Below are positions 26,092-35,616 of a stretch of 60,915 nt of DNA, piece after piece (positions within the stretch are counted from its first letter, which is position 1; the number at the start of each line of letters is the position of its first letter). The position numbers were made by a program, and so were the translations under genes. Location: assembly GCA_017470785.1 (NCBI GenBank), contig JAFUXM010000043.1:1-60915 (forward strand). The letters are read 5' to 3'. Source of the stretch: Synergistaceae bacterium (GTDB taxonomy: Bacteria > Synergistota > Synergistia > Synergistales > Aminobacteriaceae). The notes beneath the pieces are model-generated. The model saw nothing but the letters and a program-made list of their open reading frames with translations. It did not search any database and was not told the DNA's origin.

Positions 26092-27762
26092 TTATTTAGA
26101 AAGATATATGTATTTACCTCGCTCTACACGGTAACCAATAACTTTTTCACTTATTGGTATGTTCTTTGCTGCCGCTATAGCTACACGTACAGCTGCAATT
26201 CCCTGATTTTCTGCGTCCATATTACTAATAGAATAAACTTTATTATAAGATTCCATAACAGATATATCAATATAATCATGACCAATAAAGATAATTGGAA
26301 TATCAGCAAATTTCACTTTTTCTATCAGATGCCGCGCTACTACTTCACTACTATTAACAGGATTTATAATAAGTGCATTAGCACCTTTGGCGATATACGC
26401 ATCTACCTGATCATTCTGAAGAGGTTGTCTGTTCATAGAAGTAACGATTTCAAGTTCTCCGCCTAATTTTTGCATTTCACGTTTCATATTATTACGGATC
26501 TCAGTCATAAAAACATCATCAAAGCTGTAAATACAAGCTCCAACTAAAATCTCCTCATTAGATAAATCATATTTTTCAACTTTCTTAGTCTCAAGCGTCT
26601 CTACCAGCGCCCTCAGCTCATTCGGCAAACTCTCAGGGGTTAACCTTCCGGCCTCCATTTGAGCAAGAATTACGCCGCTTACATCAGTTTCAAGCCCGGC
26701 TATGACGTTGTCCTCTAAAAGCCTTATAGCCTCGGACTTGTCATTATTGCCGCCTAAAAGAAAATATACGACACCGGCAAAAAGATTGTTGCTCCAGTCA
26801 TTATCAGCTAAATTCTCCTGAATGGCGGCTAAATGTTTTTTAATTTCGTCTTTATTAGCTTCAGGATTTTTTGCGAGAGTTAAAATAGCGTACTTCTCAG
26901 TCTCGAGCTTGTACGGGTCACGCCGCAGCACCGGCCGCCATATCTCATTGAATTTAGCATAGCACTTCGCCGCTTCCTCGCCCTGATTAAGTTCCTGCGC
27001 CGCTCTCGCCCTGTAGAACCAGTACGGCGGATATGCCTGAAAATTCCGCTCAATCGTCCTGACCTGAAGCCGCCTGAGACGACGCGCCGTGTCGGGTTCA
27101 TTTAATGCGCTGTAAAATCCGTCCAAACTGTCCTGCGTCAGCCGGTACTCATCAGGCAGCCTGTACTGCCGCAACAAATTCCACGACGAATTTAATAATT
27201 TCACCTGAAGTTCATTGCACTGCTCTATGTCGTCCTTCTTGAGCAGCCAAAGTTCCTCGCCAAGCTCCTCGTGCAGGTCTTCTTTCGCGTTTTGATAGCT
27301 GAAGTACTGCGTCACGCACGACACGGCAAGACTTCCCAGCCAGCTCCAGAAGCTTCCGCCGTAGGCCCTTATGCCCGAGACGGCCTCGACGATCTGCTGC
27401 TGTTCCCGTCTGTTATAACGCGCCTGAATGCGCTTCATGTCCTCCTGCCTGATAAGCCGGCCGGTTATAAAATTCATGACTTCAGAATAAAGGCCGGTTA
27501 TATCGTAATCGCTCTCAATATTGCCGAGCGCAAGCTTGTTGATAATATTATCGTATTCCTGATTTAAAACTATTCTGTCCTGCGTCGTGATAATCCTGTG
27601 AATAGAGACTATCGCCATGTTCAACGCAAGCATTGTATGTAACGGGTCATATTGCTCATCTTGCCCGTCAGCCGCGTAAGCCTTGGGCAAAGGCGGCAGC
27701 AGCCCGAACATGAATACCGCAAGCAGCAACACCGAAACGCCGCGCTTAAAACTTGAACTCAT
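26092..27762 (-). CDS. Secreted chimeric protein: unknown ~400-aa N-terminal region fused to a single-lobe MglB/RbsB-like (type I periplasmic binding protein) fragment
   Basis: Signal peptide ending PKAYA. The C-terminal 152 aa (ILVGACIYSFDDVFM...QNDQVDAYIAKGANALIINPV...IPIIFIG...) align to the N-lobe plus the C-terminal strand of MglB. The ATG at 27762 lies 8 nt after gggag. Confidence 0.6.
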   Translation of the reverse strand: MSSSFKRGVSVLLLAVFMFGLLPPLPKAYAADGQDEQYDPLHTMLALNMAIVSIHRIITTQDRIVLNQEYDNIINKLALGNIESDYDITGLYSEVMNFITGRLIRQEDMKRIQARYNRREQQQIVEAVSGIRAYGGSFWSWLGSLAVSCVTQYFSYQNAKEDLHEELGEELWLLKKDDIEQCNELQVKLLNSSWNLLRQYRLPDEYRLTQDSLDGFYSALNEPDTARRLRRLQVRTIERNFQAYPPYWFYRARAAQELNQGEEAAKCYAKFNEIWRPVLRRDPYKLETEKYAILTLAKNPEANKDEIKKHLAAIQENLADNDWSNNLFAGVVYFLLGGNNDKSEAIRLLEDNVIAGLETDVSGVILAQMEAGRLTPESLPNELRALVETLETKKVEKYDLSNEEILVGACIYSFDDVFMTEIRNNMKREMQKLGGELEIVTSMNRQPLQNDQVDAYIAKGANALIINPVNSSEVVARHLIEKVKFADIPIIFIGHDYIDISVMESYNKVYSISNMDAENQGIAAVRVAIAAAKNIPISEKVIGYRVERGKYIYLSK

Positions 27763-27805
27763 AAATATCACTCCCGTTTAATTTAATTTAAATTTATTTA
27801 TTGCT

Positions 27806-28648
27806 TTAATTATTATCGCTTATTTTTACAAAAATCCCCTTCCTCTTCAGGACGTCACTGCCGAAATTATTATTTAAAATCTCAGGCAGGAAACGGCCTG
27901 TCTCCTGAATTAAAATTTCAGCCCTTCGGCTGTTGATGTTATTTTGTGCCGCTCTAAAAGCACTGCGAATATCACTGAGCGTTACATCTGCGCCTGAACC
28001 GGCAAGCAGCCTAGCAAATCCGTTATCGAGCAAGTCGCGCTGAATATCGCTAATGTCCGGCAGCGCGTCAGTCGCAGACGTCGAGTAGTCGCCCAGCAGG
28101 TGAATATCATGAATGATCGTAGCGACAGCTCCGGCATAGCCCCGCGTTCTGGGAATGCCGGTAGTCTTGATTATAGTATTAATCAGCCGCCGGTTTCTGT
28201 CCGGCTGAATTTTTTTAGTAATATAATTAAAAAATTCTTTGTACTGCGACTTTTTAAAAGTTTCAGCCTCTTTCGGCGGCATGTTCGTCTTGCTGACATA
28301 CGCATCAAGCCGTTTATCTATAAATTTTTGAAGCGGCCTAAAGCGTTCAGGATTAGTGTTAAATCCCCAGTGAAAGAAAAATCTGTGCTCGCCGGCGTTA
28401 AAACTCAGCCACTCGAAACGCGATTTAAGCGCGTTATAGTCAGGGTCATCAATAATCTTCTGCGAAAAGTTCCACAGCTCATCGAGATTTTTACGCCCGT
28501 TACTATCAAGAGCGGCCATGTTAAAAACTTCTTCCCAGTCGCGTATATGCGCCTTGCCGTCCTTGGCCGATGCTGAATTAGCGTAAACAAAATAAGCTGC
28601 TGCTGCAATATACAGCAGCAGAGATAAAATAATTTGCCGTCTTCTCAT
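27806..28648 (-). CDS. Secreted hypothetical protein (280 aa)
   Basis: Signal peptide ending NSASA. No family recognised. Contains HRFFFHWGFN and IIHDIHLLGDY motifs. The antisense ORF 28100..28576 is judged spurious. Confidence 0.6.
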   Translation of the reverse strand: MRRRQIILSLLLYIAAAAYFVYANSASAKDGKAHIRDWEEVFNMAALDSNGRKNLDELWNFSQKIIDDPDYNALKSRFEWLSFNAGEHRFFFHWGFNTNPERFRPLQKFIDKRLDAYVSKTNMPPKEAETFKKSQYKEFFNYITKKIQPDRNRRLINTIIKTTGIPRTRGYAGAVATIIHDIHLLGDYSTSATDALPDISDIQRDLLDNGFARLLAGSGADVTLSDIRSAFRAAQNNINSRRAEILIQETGRFLPEILNNNFGSDVLKRKGIFVKISDNN

Positions 28649-28674
28649 CTTATATTTTTTATATTTTTATTTTA

Positions 28675-30099
28675 TTAAATCTTAATTCTCATTCGCTCCT
28701 GCAGCTCTTTAAACTCGCTCTCAAGCGCAGCAGCGCGTTCTTTTGCATTGCCCAGCTGCAGCTCAACCTGCTTAAAACCAGTGCCGCCGTAGCTATTGCG
28801 ATTTGCAACGCTTGCCTCGGGCGAAATTAAATTCAATAAATCCTCATCGCAGCTCGATAAATGCGCTTGCCATTGCTCTAAACTTAAATCTTTAAACTTT
28901 AAATTATTTTCAATGCAAAACGCTACGAGCTTGCCGACTTGATAATGCGCATCTCTGAACGGCACGCCGCGCTCCACTAAATACTCGGCTATGTCAGTCG
29001 CAAGAGCAAAGCCCCTGCCCTTGCCGCCGTTAATGCTCTCAAGCGCAATGTCTTCATTCACTTCAACTTTTAATATTAACGGCGTTAAGATATTTATAAC
29101 GCTGTCTATCACATCCAACGATGCGAACAGGCCGCGCTTGTCTTCCTGCAAATCACGGTCATACGTCATGGGCAAGCCCTTTAAGCTCACTAATAAATCT
29201 ATCATGTGACCTAAGACCTGCCCTGTCTTGCCGCGTACCAGCTCTAACACATCAGGATTTTTCTTCTGAGGCATCATACTCGAGCCGGTACAGAAAGCAT
29301 CGGGCAGCTTCAGCCACCCGAACTCCTGCGTACTCCAGATTATAAAATCCTCGCTCAAGCGCGACGCGTGAACTGCAAAGACGCTCGCGAAATAATGAAA
29401 GTCTGCCATGTAATCGCGCTGCGCGACTGTGTCTAAGCTGTTGCAAGTTGCTTTATCAAAGCCTAATAGCTTAGCTGTGAACTCACGGTCTATGTTCAAC
29501 GTCGAGCCGGCAAGTGCGCCTGCGCCTAACGGACATTCGTTAAGCGCATTAAGCGCAAATTTTAATCGCTCATAATCACGGCTAAACGCCTCGAACCATG
29601 CTAATAGATAATGCGCAAACGAGATCGGCTGCGCCTGCTGCAAGTGCGTATAGCCAGAGACTATAACTAATTTATTTTTCTCAGCCAACGCTAATACAGC
29701 TTTTAATAAATTTATTAAGCTCTCAGCTAAATTTAACAGCCGGTCTCTGAGATACAAGCGCACTGTTACAGCTGTCTGATCATTGCGGCTGCGTGCAGTA
29801 TGCAGCTTCGCGCCCAGCGGCTCAAGCTGCGTAAGTCTATTCTCAATATTCATATGCACGTCCTCAAGCTCTATCTCAGGCTTAAATTTGCCGCTTTGAA
29901 TTTCGCTCAAGACTTTTAATAAGCCGTCCTCGATCTTCTCGCACTCTCGCTTATCTAAAATTCCGGTCTCGCCCAGCATCCGCACATGCGCAATGCTGCC
30001 GTAAATATCATGCCGCGCCATTCGCCAGTCAAGATCCAGCGACTGCGTGAACTCCTGCACAACCCGCGCCGTGTCCTCTTTAAATCTGCCCTTCCACAA
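28675..30099 (-). CDS. argH: Argininosuccinate lyase
   Basis: Fumarate-lyase signature GSSMMPQKKNPD and the N-terminal WKGRF motif. Confidence 0.93.
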   Translation of the reverse strand: MWKGRFKEDTARVVQEFTQSLDLDWRMARHDIYGSIAHVRMLGETGILDKRECEKIEDGLLKVLSEIQSGKFKPEIELEDVHMNIENRLTQLEPLGAKLHTARSRNDQTAVTVRLYLRDRLLNLAESLINLLKAVLALAEKNKLVIVSGYTHLQQAQPISFAHYLLAWFEAFSRDYERLKFALNALNECPLGAGALAGSTLNIDREFTAKLLGFDKATCNSLDTVAQRDYMADFHYFASVFAVHASRLSEDFIIWSTQEFGWLKLPDAFCTGSSMMPQKKNPDVLELVRGKTGQVLGHMIDLLVSLKGLPMTYDRDLQEDKRGLFASLDVIDSVINILTPLILKVEVNEDIALESINGGKGRGFALATDIAEYLVERGVPFRDAHYQVGKLVAFCIENNLKFKDLSLEQWQAHLSSCDEDLLNLISPEASVANRNSYGGTGFKQVELQLGNAKERAAALESEFKELQERMRIKI

Positions 30100-30123
30100 T
30101 TTTATTCAGCCTCCAAAAATTTT

Positions 30124-31236
30124 TTAGCCGTCGATATAATCGTCCCAAGTCATGCGGGTTATAACGCCGTCTTCATCAAGCTCAAATAAAAATTCCTCGT
30201 TGGAATTAGAACTCACTTTATACGTAAAGCTTAAATTATCGTCGGCCTTAGAACTCGGCTCACCCAGCGCTGTGATAATATCGTCGCCGCTCTGCCCGAC
30301 TAACAAACTTCCAAAAGCCAAGCCAGTGCCGAACACCTCGACATGGCGCAGCCTGTTATCGACATAGCGCAAAATTAAATTCTCGTATTCAAGCGTATCT
30401 TCCTGCATCTCTTTGCCCGCCGGATCAGAGAAAAATTTATCGCTGGCAACATTATTAGGCTCGCCGTGAAGCGCCCGCGCTTTCTCAGGCTTAAGGCCAT
30501 AGTCCGTTCTAACGCTTATCGCCGTTTTATAAACTAAATTATCGTTATTATTCTCACTATAAACATCTACGAACTGACCGGAGATCCAGACCGTCCCCTG
30601 ATCAACCGGGTTATCAGCTGCGTACCATAGATCGCCGTTCACGTTCTGAGATTTTAATAAAATCAATACATCGCCCCTGTCGGCCCGCGCTAAGATTTCA
30701 GAGTCAGTCCCGGGATTGTCGCGCAGCCTCACGCTGTTGCCAGTGCAAAGCGCTAAAGCCGGATAATTATTTGCTTTAGCTTTGCTCTTGCTCGGCGCTT
30801 TAGCCTGCGTTTTAACTTGCTCTTGCTTTTTAGCCTGCGGCTTGCTCTCAGCCTGAGACTTCTTATTTGAAGTTCCGCCGGCCTCTTCAAGATACTGCTG
30901 CGCAAGATGAGGCAGATACGCGGCTCTCTCCTCGGTCGCAACGGTGTAAGCCTTGAGCTTGCTGTAGCCCTCGACGTCCATGAAGTCCTCGGCATCTGAG
31001 TCGCGGCCTGTCCTTACCCACTCGCGCTGATCCTTACGCAAATTATTCAGCGCGGTCTTGTTCTTGGCCAGCTTATTCTGCGCCTCTTTCCAAGCCTTAG
31101 ATAACGCCTTATCAGCCCGTGCAAACGCCGCGTTCTTCATTAACTGCGCATATTCATTGTCGCTCAGTGCGAACGCATAATTACAGCAAGCTAATAACAA
31201 CAGTCCAGCAAGCAAAAATTTTCCAAACTTCTTCAT
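30124..31236 (-). CDS. Secreted protein with a LprI/DUF1311-like N-domain, K/Q/A-rich linker and SH3b-like domain
   Basis: Signal peptide. ADKALSKAWKE...QREWVR is DUF1311-like. A low-complexity linker follows. VRLRDNPGTDSEILARADRGDVLILL is SH3b-like. Confidence 0.55.
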   Translation of the reverse strand: MKKFGKFLLAGLLLLACCNYAFALSDNEYAQLMKNAAFARADKALSKAWKEAQNKLAKNKTALNNLRKDQREWVRTGRDSDAEDFMDVEGYSKLKAYTVATEERAAYLPHLAQQYLEEAGGTSNKKSQAESKPQAKKQEQVKTQAKAPSKSKAKANNYPALALCTGNSVRLRDNPGTDSEILARADRGDVLILLKSQNVNGDLWYAADNPVDQGTVWISGQFVDVYSENNNDNLVYKTAISVRTDYGLKPEKARALHGEPNNVASDKFFSDPAGKEMQEDTLEYENLILRYVDNRLRHVEVFGTGLAFGSLLVGQSGDDIITALGEPSSKADDNLSFTYKVSSNSNEEFLFELDEDGVITRMTWDDYIDG

Positions 31237-31274
31237 ATTTAAATAGCCCCCTAATTAAAAATTTAAAAATTAAT

Positions 31275-32261
31275 TTATACAGCCCCGGGCTCGACGCCCC
31301 AGTTCTGCCACCGTTTAAGCTCGTACTGCTTCAAGTTATCCGCATCGCTTAAGCTCTCTATAACTTCGTCAATGCGCTTCAACATTAAATCCTTATGCTC
31401 AGGAATTTTCCCCTTAATCGGGAATAGATTAGTCTTGTGCGTCGCGTTCCAGACTACGCTAATATTTAAATTATTTAATAAATCACGCCCCTCTTTCAAA
31501 GTTTCGTACGGACTCAGCCGCTTAAACTCATGGCTTTTAACTTTCTCAATAAGCCTTGCGCCCTTAAATAATACTAACGTCACTACAGTCAATTCAAACG
31601 GCCTTGCAAGATTTAACATACTTGCAGTTTCGCTCACATGCTCACGTGACAAGTCACGGCCTCCAAGACCAAGCATGATATAGCCCGAGTATTTTATATT
31701 TGCGTCATCAAGCCTGCGCATCGCGTTTAAATTATCTATACGTGTTAATCCCTTTTGCTGAAAATTTAAAACTTTATCGCTGCCGCTCTCAAGGCCGATA
31801 CATAGCCTGTCATAGCCTGCATCTTTTAAAATTTTCAGCTCGTCATCGCTCTTGCGCAATATATCATCAGCCCGGGCAAAGCACGAAATATAATCGCACT
31901 CGCTAAAATATTTACGTATCATGTCAGCTATCTGCAATAATTTTTGACTTGATAATACAAACGGATTGCCGCCGGCTAATAAAAATCTTGCGTTACGGTT
32001 ATTTCTTAAATCATTTAATGCTTTTAAATTTTTAATATTCGCCTCTATCTCGTCAAGGCTTAACTCACGAAATTTTTTATTAGCATTTAAATCGCAGTAA
32101 AGGCATTTATTATAGCTGCAGCTGACGGTCACCGGAACTTGCACAGTGAACGACTCGGCCATCGGCACGTAATAATAAAAGCCGTACCGACCGTAAATTT
32201 CTTGTCTTAAATCTATTAATAACTTCTTCTTATTTAATATATCCTGATTTAAAACATTCAT
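31275..32261 (-). CDS. Radical SAM-superfamily protein with non-canonical CX4CX2C cluster motif
   Basis: VSCSYNKCLYC gives Cys48, Cys53 and Cys56 (nt 32094-32120). A GGNPF-like glycine-rich block follows. The start lies 2 nt after the gcvH stop. Confidence 0.7.
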   Translation of the reverse strand: MNVLNQDILNKKKLLIDLRQEIYGRYGFYYYVPMAESFTVQVPVTVSCSYNKCLYCDLNANKKFRELSLDEIEANIKNLKALNDLRNNRNARFLLAGGNPFVLSSQKLLQIADMIRKYFSECDYISCFARADDILRKSDDELKILKDAGYDRLCIGLESGSDKVLNFQQKGLTRIDNLNAMRRLDDANIKYSGYIMLGLGGRDLSREHVSETASMLNLARPFELTVVTLVLFKGARLIEKVKSHEFKRLSPYETLKEGRDLLNNLNISVVWNATHKTNLFPIKGKIPEHKDLMLKRIDEVIESLSDADNLKQYELKRWQNWGVEPGAV

Positions 32262-32263
32262 AA

Positions 32264-32653
32264 CTAACTTTTCAAATAATTTTTATACGCGTCGGCGCTT
32301 AATAATTTATCAAGCTCGCTGAGATCATTAGCTTTTATATCAACGAGCCAGCCTGCTCCGAACGGATCGAAATTAATAATCCCGGGCTGCGCTTCAAGCT
32401 CTTGATTTATGTCAATAATTTTGCCCGACACCGGCGCTTTGATTTCGCTAACGGACTTCGTAGCCTCGATGCGGGCAAATACATCGCCGGCCTTAATATC
32501 AGCACCGGCCTCTTGAGGCAGCTCAACATAAACTATATCGCCCAGCGCCGCCTGCGAGTAGTCATCAATTCCAACTCTGATATTTTCATCACCGCGCTTC
32601 TCCGCCCACTCGTTAGTCCGCGTGTAATAAAAATTCGGCTCAAAGTAAATCAT
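32264..32653 (-). CDS. gcvH: Glycine cleavage system H protein (lipoyl carrier)
   Basis: 129-aa ORF with lipoyl-lysine motif IEATKSVSEIKAPVSG. Confidence 0.92.
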   Translation of the reverse strand: MIYFEPNFYYTRTNEWAEKRGDENIRVGIDDYSQAALGDIVYVELPQEAGADIKAGDVFARIEATKSVSEIKAPVSGKIIDINQELEAQPGIINFDPFGAGWLVDIKANDLSELDKLLSADAYKNYLKS

Positions 32654-32699
32654 AAAAATTCACTCCTTTTTAAAATTTAAAAATTTTAAAATTTTAAAA

Positions 32700-33548
32700 T
32701 TAAAATATCTCAAGCGATAATAAAATTGCAGCCGAGCCTAAGATTAAGCAATATAAACTAAAGTATGCCCAGCGGCCTGACAGCACTAAACTTCTAATTA
32801 ATCTCAGAGCAATCCAGCCCGAGATAAACGCAATTAAAACAGCGTATAAAGTTCCTGAGGGCAAAGTCGCAGCCGCTGCGCTCAAATTAAAATTAAATTC
32901 TTTTAATAATTTTAAAATTTCAAGCAGCGATGCGCCTAACACAGCCGGCACTGATATTAAAAATGAAAATCTAAACGCCTCGTGAACGCTTACGCCCAAT
33001 AACAAAGCAGCTGCAATAGTCGAGCCGGAGCGCGACAGCCCCGGGAAGACTGCAAGACCTTGCACTATACCTATTAAAATTGCAGCTTTAAAGCTCAGCA
33101 AGCCTTTGCGCTCAGCCATGAGCGGCACAAGCGCGATGAAGCCGCCCGTAACTAACAGCCCGCAGCCTACGTACAACGGCGAGGCCATCGCCTGCTCAAC
33201 AAAATTTTTCAGCGACAGGCCAATAAAACCTGTTAATATAGTCGCGGCGATAATGTACCAACCGTAAAGCCATTCGCCCCGTTCACGCTCGTTAGCCGAG
33301 ACTAAACCGCCGAGCCAGTGAATAATTAATTTAAAGATCTCACGCCTGAAGAAAATTATCACGACTAAGACCGTCGCGCAGTGCAGTAATAAATCAAATG
33401 CCAGCACAATGGCCGCGTCAAAATTAAAAAATTTTTGCAATAATGCAAGATGCCCCGAGCTGCTCACCGGCAAAAATTCGCACAGCCCCTGCACAAGTCC
33501 TAATATAACCGTCTGCAAAGTTTCACTCATGTCAAAAAAATTTTTCAC
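32700..33548 (-). CDS. uppP: Undecaprenyl-diphosphate phosphatase
   Basis: BacA motifs LPVSSSGHL and PGLSRSGSTI. Confidence 0.92.
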   Translation of the reverse strand: MKNFFDMSETLQTVILGLVQGLCEFLPVSSSGHLALLQKFFNFDAAIVLAFDLLLHCATVLVVIIFFRREIFKLIIHWLGGLVSANERERGEWLYGWYIIAATILTGFIGLSLKNFVEQAMASPLYVGCGLLVTGGFIALVPLMAERKGLLSFKAAILIGIVQGLAVFPGLSRSGSTIAAALLLGVSVHEAFRFSFLISVPAVLGASLLEILKLLKEFNFNLSAAAATLPSGTLYAVLIAFISGWIALRLIRSLVLSGRWAYFSLYCLILGSAAILLSLEIF

Positions 33549-33719
33549 TCCTGAATTAAAAAATTTAAATTAAATTAAAATTAAAAAAAAATTTACTTTG
33601 CAAAATATAATAACGCTTAATTTAGTTGTATAATACTTTTTGTCAAAAATAATTGAACGTGAATAAATTAACTGTGAAATTTAATTTAATTTTTAATTTC
33701 AGAGAGGAGACAATCAAGC

Positions 33720-34505
33720 TTGAATTTAAATAGAAAATTTTTGTGCGGCCTTGCGCTGTTATTTTTATTAGCAGCTCAAGCATTCGCAGCTGAAAGTCAG
33801 GGCGGCGCAGCAAGGACTGCAAAAGATACGCCCGCGATGCGCAAATGGGTTCATGAAAATCATTTTGCCGACCGAGACGGCGACCAGCGTGTAGATTTAA
33901 AAGCGACTTATTACGCGGCTGAATACGTTGAAGCTCTTGTTAATGCCGAAGCCGAGAAGAACATGTGGACTGCCGACGAACTCGAAAATTATAAATATAC
34001 TTTGTTTAAGACTTTAAATTTAAACGAGTCAATCGCATTTCACATAGACTTTAACGTCATAGGCGTGCCGATGTACGCTCAGCCGTTCGATAGGCACATC
34101 ACGCTCTTAATCGGCAAGAAAAAATATACGCCGTCTGACTATGATCACAGATTTAATTTCAAGATAAGCGGCCAGCGCGACGGAATGGTTTACTTTCCAA
34201 GATACGACCCGCAGACCGGCGCAGATTTATTGAAGGGCGTCAAGCAAATAAGATTAATTTTAGACGGTGCTATCAGCCATGCTATATCACGTACGGGCGA
34301 CGTAACTTGGATCTGGGACATTACTAAAGACAAGCCGGAAAGATTAAACTCCGGCAAGGCAGCTAACAGACTTGAAATAGACAGACTGTTAAAGCGCGTC
34401 GATAAAGTAAATAAAGACAAGCAAGAGCTGCAGAGCAAACTTGATGCATTGAATAAAGAACTCAGCGAGGTCAACGCAAGAATTAACCAGCTGCAGGCGC
34501 AATAA
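33720..34505 (+). CDS. Secreted hypothetical protein with a C-terminal coiled coil
   Basis: TTG start and a signal peptide ending AFAAES. The last ~50 aa show a heptad-like pattern (KQELQSKLDALNKELSEVNARINQLQ). Confidence 0.5.
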   Translation: MNLNRKFLCGLALLFLLAAQAFAAESQGGAARTAKDTPAMRKWVHENHFADRDGDQRVDLKATYYAAEYVEALVNAEAEKNMWTADELENYKYTLFKTLNLNESIAFHIDFNVIGVPMYAQPFDRHITLLIGKKKYTPSDYDHRFNFKISGQRDGMVYFPRYDPQTGADLLKGVKQIRLILDGAISHAISRTGDVTWIWDITKDKPERLNSGKAANRLEIDRLLKRVDKVNKDKQELQSKLDALNKELSEVNARINQLQAQ

Positions 34506-34562
34506 AAAATTTTAAAATTAAAAAATTCTTGATATAAACTCACAGAAAAGGAGAGAGGTTTT

Positions 34563-35519
34563 ATGAACCGTATTGCCGTATTGACCAGCGGCGGTGATTC
34601 GCCAGGGATGAACGCCGCTGTACGAGCCGTTGCCCGTACATGTATGTTTAATGATATTGAATGTATAGGCGTCATGCGAGGATACGAGGGGTTAATCGAG
34701 GGCGATTTTGTGAAGCTTGACCGGCCGGCAGTAGGCGGGATTATTCACAGAGGCGGAACAATCCTGCGTACTGCAAGAAGCGAACGCTTCAAGACAGTCG
34801 AGGGGCGCGAACTCGCACTTAAAAAGATCAGCGAGGCCGGTATCGACGGCCTTGTAGTTATAGGCGGAGACGGCTCGTTTCACGGAGCAAAGGCTCTGCA
34901 TGACATGGGCTTCCCGACCATAGGCATACCCGGCACTATCGACAACGACGTAACCGGCACTGACGAGACCATAGGCTTTGATACAGCTGTTAATACTGCG
35001 CTTGATGCTATCATGCGCGTTAGAGACACTGCGTCGAGCCATGACAGATTATTTATAGTTGAGGTCATGGGGCGCAACGCGGGCTTCTTAGCTCTTGAGA
35101 CTGCCGTAGCGTCCGGCGCTGAGTACGCAGTCGTACCGGAGCTGCCGTTAAGTATCGGAAACTTGAGCAAGCTGTTAAAACGCTCTTACGATGAGGGCAA
35201 AAATCATACGTTAATTATCTTGGCTGAGGGCGTTATGTCCGCAACTGAGATGCGCAACAAACTGCAGGATGCCGGCGGTTACGATGCCCGCGTCACAGTC
35301 TTGGGATATATTCAGCGCGGCGGCCACCCGACTTCGTTTGACGTTGTCTTAGCAACAAGAATGGGCGCATTCGCAACTGAGTCGCTTTTAATCGGCAAGA
35401 GCGGCGTGATGGTCGGCAATATTAATCATAAGCTTGTATTAAGCGATCTCGAGCGCGCTTGGAGCGAACATAAGTCATTAAGCCCCGAGATGCTGAGCTT
35501 AATCAATAAAATGAATTAA
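34563..35519 (+). CDS. pfkA: ATP-dependent 6-phosphofructokinase
   Basis: LTSGGDSPGMNAA, GGDGS and PGTIDND motifs. Confidence 0.95.
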   Translation: MNRIAVLTSGGDSPGMNAAVRAVARTCMFNDIECIGVMRGYEGLIEGDFVKLDRPAVGGIIHRGGTILRTARSERFKTVEGRELALKKISEAGIDGLVVIGGDGSFHGAKALHDMGFPTIGIPGTIDNDVTGTDETIGFDTAVNTALDAIMRVRDTASSHDRLFIVEVMGRNAGFLALETAVASGAEYAVVPELPLSIGNLSKLLKRSYDEGKNHTLIILAEGVMSATEMRNKLQDAGGYDARVTVLGYIQRGGHPTSFDVVLATRMGAFATESLLIGKSGVMVGNINHKLVLSDLERAWSEHKSLSPEMLSLINKMN

Positions 35520-35539
35520 AAAAAATTAAAAATTTAAAA

Positions 35540-35579
35540 ACGGGAGCGTAAAGCTTAAAAATTTTTCTGCTCCCGTTTT
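35540..35579 (+). terminator. Terminator after pfkA
   Basis: acgggagc / gctcccgt stem followed by a T-run. Confidence 0.7.
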
Positions 35580-35616
35580 AGATTAGATTTAAAATTATTT
35601 TATTTTATTTCAAGCT

